A stretch of 64,000 nucleotides of DNA, taken from assembly GCA_000437595.1 (NCBI GenBank), contig FR899900.1:133729-197728 (forward strand), read 5' to 3'. The notes beneath the pieces are model-generated. The model made no database searches. It was not told where the DNA came from and saw only the letters and a program-made list of their open reading frames with translations. Of this stretch, positions 59,871 through 64,000 are shown in pieces (the first letter of the stretch is position 1; each line of letters begins with the position of its first letter). The translations under genes were made by a program, and so were the position numbers. This DNA comes from Faecalibacterium sp. CAG:74. Its GTDB lineage: Bacteria; Bacillota; Clostridia; Christensenellales; Aristaeellaceae.

Positions 59871-61949
59871 TTAATCAAACGTCTGCGGCACATTCACGCA
59901 GTCTTCGGTGCGCGTCGGCGCGTTGGAGAGCAGCAAATCGCGGTCAAAGGGCGCCGCCGGAATGTCCTCGCGCAGCACATTTTCCGTTGGAATGACGTGC
60001 GCCGTCTGCGGAACGTCGGTCGTGTCCACTTCCTGCAAGGCTTCGGCAAAGCCAAGAATTGTGTTCAGCTCCTCGCCCATTGTCACTTCTTCTTCTGCCG
60101 TCAGGGACAGCTTCGCCAGCTCCGCGACGGTCTTAATCGCCATCGTCGGACGCTTTTTCTGCGGATGCTTCTCTGCCTCCGCCGCCGTCGAAACGCCCAA
60201 TTGCAGCACTTCCAGCTGCTCGGCATCGACAAAATCCGGCGCGCTCGTCATCAAATCGGATGCGTCGCGCACCTTCGGGAAGGCAATCACGTCGCGCAGG
60301 GAATCCGCGCCAAGCAGCTGCATCACAAGGCGGTCAAGCCCGAAAGCGAATCCCCCGTGCGGCGGCGTGCCGTACTTGAAGGCGTCAATCATGAAGCCGA
60401 AGCGGGCGCGGGCGGTTTCCTCGGTGAAGCCCAAGGCGCGGAACATCAGCGCCTGCACGTCCGGGCGGTGGATACGAATCGAGCCAGAACCCAGCTCAAT
60501 GCCGTTCAGCACCACGTCATACGCCTGTGAGCGCACCCGCGCGGGATCGGTCATCAGGTAAGGCAAATCCTCCTCGTACGGCATGGTGAAGGGGTGGTGC
60601 ATCGCCATATAGCGCTGTTCTTCGTCCGACCACTCGAACTCCGGGAAGTCGGTGACAAAGCAGAAGCGGTAATCCTGCTTGGCGCGCAAGCCCAGCATAT
60701 CGCCGACTTCGAGGCGCAAGCCGCACAGCGTTCGACAGACGGTCTGGAACTTATCAGCGCAGAAGAGAATAAAATCGCCATTTTGGGCATCCAGCGCGGT
60801 CAGCAGCGCCTGCCACTGCGCCTTGGTGAAGTACTTTTGCAAAATGGAGTTGACCTCGCCGCTGTCGTGAATGAGAATCCACGCCATGCCCTTCGCGCCG
60901 TAACCCAGCGCGTGGTCGGTCAGCGTTTCGATGGTTGTGCGGGTGAATTTCTCCGCGCAGCCCTTGCAATTGAGCGCGCGCACCTTGCCGCCCTCGTCCG
61001 CCACGCGCCGAAAAACGGAGAAGGAGCATTCCGCCGCCAAGTCCGTCACGTCGCGGATCTCCATGCCGAAGCGCAAGTCCGGCTTGTCGCAGCCGTAGCG
61101 ATCCATGGACTCCTGCCACGTCAGGCGCGGGAAATCATAGCCGATTTCGCGTCCCATCACGTCACGGAAGATGCTCTTAAACAGGCGCTCCAAGTGCTGG
61201 AGGATATCCTCCTGCTCCACAAACGACATCTCCATATCGACCTGCGTGAACTCCGGCTGGCGATCGGCGCGGAGATCCTCGTCGCGGAAGCAGCGGGCAA
61301 CCTGATAATACTTGTCCATGCCGCCGACCATCAGCATCTGCTTGAAAATCTGCGGTGACTGCGGCAGGGCGTAGAACTTGCCGGGATGCACGCGGCTGGG
61401 CACGAGGTAATCGCGTGCGCCTTCTGGGGTGGACTTGCAGAGCATCGGCGTCTCGATGCAGGTGAAGCCGTCGCCGTTCAGGTACTTTTCCGCCGCCATC
61501 TGCACCTGATGCCGGAAGCGGAGTGCCTTCTGCAACTGCGGACGGCGCAAATCCAGATAGCGGTACTTGAGCCGCAGTTCCTCGCGCACCTTTGCATCCT
61601 CGTCCATCGAGTACGGCAGGGGCTGCGCTTCGCTGAGGACAACAAGGCGCTTTGCCAGCAGCTCCACCTCGCCCGTCGCCAGACGCGGGTTATACGTTTC
61701 TTCGTCGCGGTGACGAATTTCGCCCTCCACCTGAATCACGCTCTGCATATGCAGCGTTTCCGCATGGTGGAAGTCCTCCGGCGGCAGGTACTGCATATTG
61801 CAGACGACCTGCGCAACGCCCTCGCGATCCTTCACATCCAGAAAAATCACGCCGCCCATATCGCGCCGATTCTGCACCCAGCCGCACAGCGTCGCCGTCT
61901 GTCCCATATGCTCTTTGCGGATTGCGCCGCAGTAATGTGTCCGCTTCAT
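59871..61949 (-). CDS. aspS: aspartate--tRNA ligase fused in-frame to a C-terminal GatC domain (AspRS 602 aa + GatC 90 aa, no intervening stop)
   Basis: Class II AspRS: anticodon-binding OB fold, motif 1, QSPQ, motif 2 FRDEDLRADRQPEFTQVD, motif 3 GGFAFGLDRLVM. The ORF then runs straight into MAIKTVAELAKLSLTAEEE...IPTENVLRED...VPQTFD, which is a GatC-like sequence by length and by motifs such as VPQTF and ENVLRED. The internal ATG is at 60143 and has no recognisable SD. The start was set to MKRTHYC (ATG 61949) after AAGGAGGATGACC. Confidence 0.8.
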   Translation of the reverse strand: MKRTHYCGAIRKEHMGQTATLCGWVQNRRDMGGVIFLDVKDREGVAQVVCNMQYLPPEDFHHAETLHMQSVIQVEGEIRHRDEETYNPRLATGEVELLAKRLVVLSEAQPLPYSMDEDAKVREELRLKYRYLDLRRPQLQKALRFRHQVQMAAEKYLNGDGFTCIETPMLCKSTPEGARDYLVPSRVHPGKFYALPQSPQIFKQMLMVGGMDKYYQVARCFRDEDLRADRQPEFTQVDMEMSFVEQEDILQHLERLFKSIFRDVMGREIGYDFPRLTWQESMDRYGCDKPDLRFGMEIRDVTDLAAECSFSVFRRVADEGGKVRALNCKGCAEKFTRTTIETLTDHALGYGAKGMAWILIHDSGEVNSILQKYFTKAQWQALLTALDAQNGDFILFCADKFQTVCRTLCGLRLEVGDMLGLRAKQDYRFCFVTDFPEFEWSDEEQRYMAMHHPFTMPYEEDLPYLMTDPARVRSQAYDVVLNGIELGSGSIRIHRPDVQALMFRALGFTEETARARFGFMIDAFKYGTPPHGGFAFGLDRLVMQLLGADSLRDVIAFPKVRDASDLMTSAPDFVDAEQLEVLQLGVSTAAEAEKHPQKKRPTMAIKTVAELAKLSLTAEEEVTMGEELNTILGFAEALQEVDTTDVPQTAHVIPTENVLREDIPAAPFDRDLLLSNAPTRTEDCVNVPQTFD

Positions 61950-62278
61950 GGTCATCCTCCTTGCTTTTTTGCGGTATAAAAAAACGCCTTTCAACCCCAA
62001 CACATGGGGCGAAAGACTTCTCGCGGTACCACCCAATTTTCCCCGGCGCGCGCCGGAGCATCTCTGCCGCAACGGTCAAAAATGACGATTGCGCGAAGCT
62101 GTCACGGGCTTCCCCCGTCCGTGCCTACTAAGCAAACGCTTTTCGGGCGGCGGCTCTGAGCTGTTTCTTCCCCGGTGTCCGCCTGCCGCACTCGCACCTG
62201 TTCGCGGCTCTCTGCAAAAGCGACTTCCCGGCTACTGCTGCTCTTCATAGCCTTGTGGAGACTTGCGTCTCTGTTGAA
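61950..62278 (-). ncRNA. T-box riboswitch leader upstream of aspS-gatC-gatA-gatB
   Basis: The minus-strand leader contains GCAGAGAGC (stem I AGAGA). Candidate specifier triplets are GAC-A (Asp) and AAC-A (Asn). There is a near-consensus T-box AAUUGGGUGGUACCGCG (the complement of 62022-62038), then a terminator hairpin plus a U7 run just before the RBS. Confidence 0.85.
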
Positions 62279-62286
62279 TTGCGGTT

Positions 62287-62315
62287 ATCATACCATCTTT
62301 TCCGGCGCTTGTCAA
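62287..62315 (-). promoter_or_regulatory. sigma-70 type promoter for the aspS T-box leader
   Basis: On the minus strand: TTGACA (complement of 62310-62315), a 17-nt spacer, then TATGAT (complement of 62287-62292). Confidence 0.6.
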
Positions 62316-62403
62316 GCAAAAAACATTGGGAAAACAATTGCCGGACACAAAAAAGGGGCTGATGACCCCTGCAAACGCAGAAATCACCAGCCGAAGAATT
62401 GCT

Positions 62404-64000
62404 TTATTCCACCGCCACAATGCGGCCGTCGCCGTAGGGGTTGGCGTACTGTTCGCCCACCACGCCGCCGAGGGTGGTCGTGATGTAGGTAATCAGCACC
62501 TGATTGTCAACCATCATGTCCTCGCCCAGCACTTCGCAGCCGTCGAACATGGTGTAGCCGTCACCATGGCCAAGCAGCATGTAATTGTGGGATGCCAGCG
62601 TGTAGGTCTTGTCCAGTTCAAGGGGCTGACCGCCGACCATCACGTTCTTGACGCGGTATTCGCCCGAAACGCGCGTGAACATGCCGTTCTCGTCCTTCTC
62701 GGCGGAGGACGCGACGCCCGTGTGAATCTCGTAAGTCAGACCGGAGACCTGCAGGAAGCCGCCGTTTTCGCTCGGCACAGCGCGTGCGCCCCATTCCAGC
62801 GCGTCCAGCACCTGCTGACCCGTCACGCGGATGACGCACATGGTGTTGCCAAAGGGATGGACGCTGTAAATGTCGTCAAGCGTGATGTCGCCCGCTTCAA
62901 TCTGCTTGCGGATGCCGCCGCCGTTGACGAACGCAATGTCCGCGTTGGACAGCGCGCGGTACGCATCGGCGCACAGGTCACCCAGATTCGTTTCGGCGTT
63001 GCGGACGATGCGGACGGGAGTGCCTTCCGCCGTCACCGCGACGGGGTCATTGACGTAGAGCGGCACCTGAGAGGTCGCAACGACGGTTTGACGGATTTCG
63101 TCGAGCTTGGCGACCTGCGCCGCCACTGCGTCCGCCGCATCGCCCGTCAGATTCAGCAGCTTCGGCGCGGCAATGTCCACCGTCCAAGTGTACAGGCCCG
63201 TCGTCAGCTTGCCGTCCTTGGCGATGCGCAGATAGCCGACGGAGGACAGCTTCGTGCCGCAAGCCGCGCGCAGCACCGTCTTGCCCTCGGCGTTCTTGAC
63301 TTCGTTGCAAGCCATCGTTTCGTGCGCGTGGCCGTCAAGGAACGCATCAATACCCGTGGTATGCGTGATGACCTCGGTGCTCATGTAGGGCGAGCAGCTT
63401 TCCTCAATGCCCATATGCCCCATGGCAACGACGTACGTTGCGCCTTCCGCGCGCGCCGCATCCACCGCGGACTGCACCGCCGCGTAGAGCTTATCGCCCG
63501 TTTCATCCTGCATGAAGCCGTAGATGAAGTTGCCCGCATCGTCCTGGAAGTAGACTGGCGTGGAGGATGTAATCGTGTTCGGGGTAGTCATGCCGACAAA
63601 GGCGATTTTCACGCCGTCAAATTCCTTGATGACGTAGGGCGCGAAAACCAACTCATCGCGGCAGGTGAAGTTTGCGGAGATGTAGGGGAATTTCGCCTGC
63701 TTGGTCAGTTCGAGGAAGTTCTCCATGCCGTAATCAAATTCATGATTGCCGGGGATGGCGATGTCGTAGCCGACCGCGTTCATCAGCTCAATGATGGCGC
63801 TTCCCTTGGTCAGTGTGCCGATGGTTTCGCCCTGAATCGCGTCGCCGTCATCGACAAGCACCACATGGTTGTCTGCCTGCAGGCTGTTGCGCATATTCGC
63901 CACACCCGCGTAGCCCCAGCCCTGGTCAATGCCGCAATGAACGTCACTGGTAAAGAGCACCACAACGTCCTTGGTCAGCGCGGGGGCTGTGTCTTCCGCG
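62404..64000 (-). CDS. bifunctional metallophosphatase/5'-nucleotidase (UshA/CpdB family); 5' end lies beyond the window
   Basis: Calcineurin-like metallophosphoesterase motifs (DVHCG, GNHEFDYG, GHMG, GHAHE) and a C-terminal 5'-nucleotidase substrate-binding domain. The reading frame stays open upstream of the listed GTG to the window edge (…AEDTAPALTKDVVVLFTSDVH), so the N-terminus with its signal peptide is off-window. A terminator hairpin (AGGGGTCATCAGCCCCT plus T-run) lies at about 62352-62380. Confidence 0.8.
   Translation of the reverse strand, partial: AEDTAPALTKDVVVLFTSDVHCGIDQGWGYAGVANMRNSLQADNHVVLVDDGDAIQGETIGTLTKGSAIIELMNAVGYDIAIPGNHEFDYGMENFLELTKQAKFPYISANFTCRDELVFAPYVIKEFDGVKIAFVGMTTPNTITSSTPVYFQDDAGNFIYGFMQDETGDKLYAAVQSAVDAARAEGATYVVAMGHMGIEESCSPYMSTEVITHTTGIDAFLDGHAHETMACNEVKNAEGKTVLRAACGTKLSSVGYLRIAKDGKLTTGLYTWTVDIAAPKLLNLTGDAADAVAAQVAKLDEIRQTVVATSQVPLYVNDPVAVTAEGTPVRIVRNAETNLGDLCADAYRALSNADIAFVNGGGIRKQIEAGDITLDDIYSVHPFGNTMCVIRVTGQQVLDALEWGARAVPSENGGFLQVSGLTYEIHTGVASSAEKDENGMFTRVSGEYRVKNVMVGGQPLELDKTYTLASHNYMLLGHGDGYTMFDGCEVLGEDMMVDNQVLITYITTTLGGVVGEQYANPYGDGRIVAVE

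Noticed and set aside
60143-60145. Independent gatC start inside the aspS frame
   Set aside because: It was considered as a separate overlapping gene, but there is no stop codon upstream in frame and no Shine-Dalgarno, so a read-through fusion is the more parsimonious reading. A sequencing error remains possible.
59908-60561. Plus-strand ORFs antisense to aspS/gatC (also 60594..61358, 61386..61979)
   Set aside because: They lie inside a gene with clear class II synthetase motifs on the other strand.
1-64000. CRISPR arrays, tRNA/rRNA genes, IS elements, integrases
   Set aside because: No direct-repeat/spacer periodicity, no tRNA-like T-arm/anticodon-arm signatures, and no transposase or recombinase-like ORFs were seen anywhere in the window.

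Overview
This 64 kb window is high-GC (~60%) chromosomal DNA from a Clostridia-type Firmicute, likely an Oscillospiraceae/Ruminococcaceae gut anaerobe. It is densely packed with housekeeping operons on both strands. I found no rRNA or tRNA genes, no CRISPR array and no mobile elements. The many long ORFs antisense to real genes are GC-driven artefacts.

Recognisable blocks, in order:
- A sugar-uptake/sensing locus: a solute-binding protein, a CBM9-like protein and a YesM/YesN two-component pair.
- lepA followed by a DUF1273 gene, then hemW.
- A minus-strand asp23-yloV-recG-ppk1 operon.
- A T-box leader in front of an aminotransferase and tyrS, then yigZ.
- An AraC regulator next to a large CE15-like lipoprotein esterase.
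- An envelope-stress-like cluster: a MacAB-type efflux system, an OmpR-family response regulator with its histidine kinase, a RelQ-like small alarmone synthetase, a TIM-barrel-like protein, a DMT transporter, and an orphan spoIIAA-spoIIAB pair.
- A minus-strand yicC-gmk-rpoZ-coaBC operon.
- brnQ and ygiQ.
- A minus-strand operon from a GH3 glycosidase down to a TetR regulator.
- A HAD hydrolase, hprK and glcK.
- A choloylglycine-hydrolase-family gene.
- dgt and dnaG followed by two tandem sigma-70 genes, then trmK, nif3 and a zinc-ribbon protein.
- ybaK.
- A T-box-controlled aspS-gatC-gatA-gatB operon in which AspRS and GatC sit in one uninterrupted reading frame.
- A partial 5'-nucleotidase gene.

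The candidates most worth a second look are the apparent AspRS-GatC fusion (a covalently tethered transamidosome), the tandem principal-sigma paralogs, and the alarmone synthetase coupled to a two-component system with a sigma-less partner-switching pair nearby.
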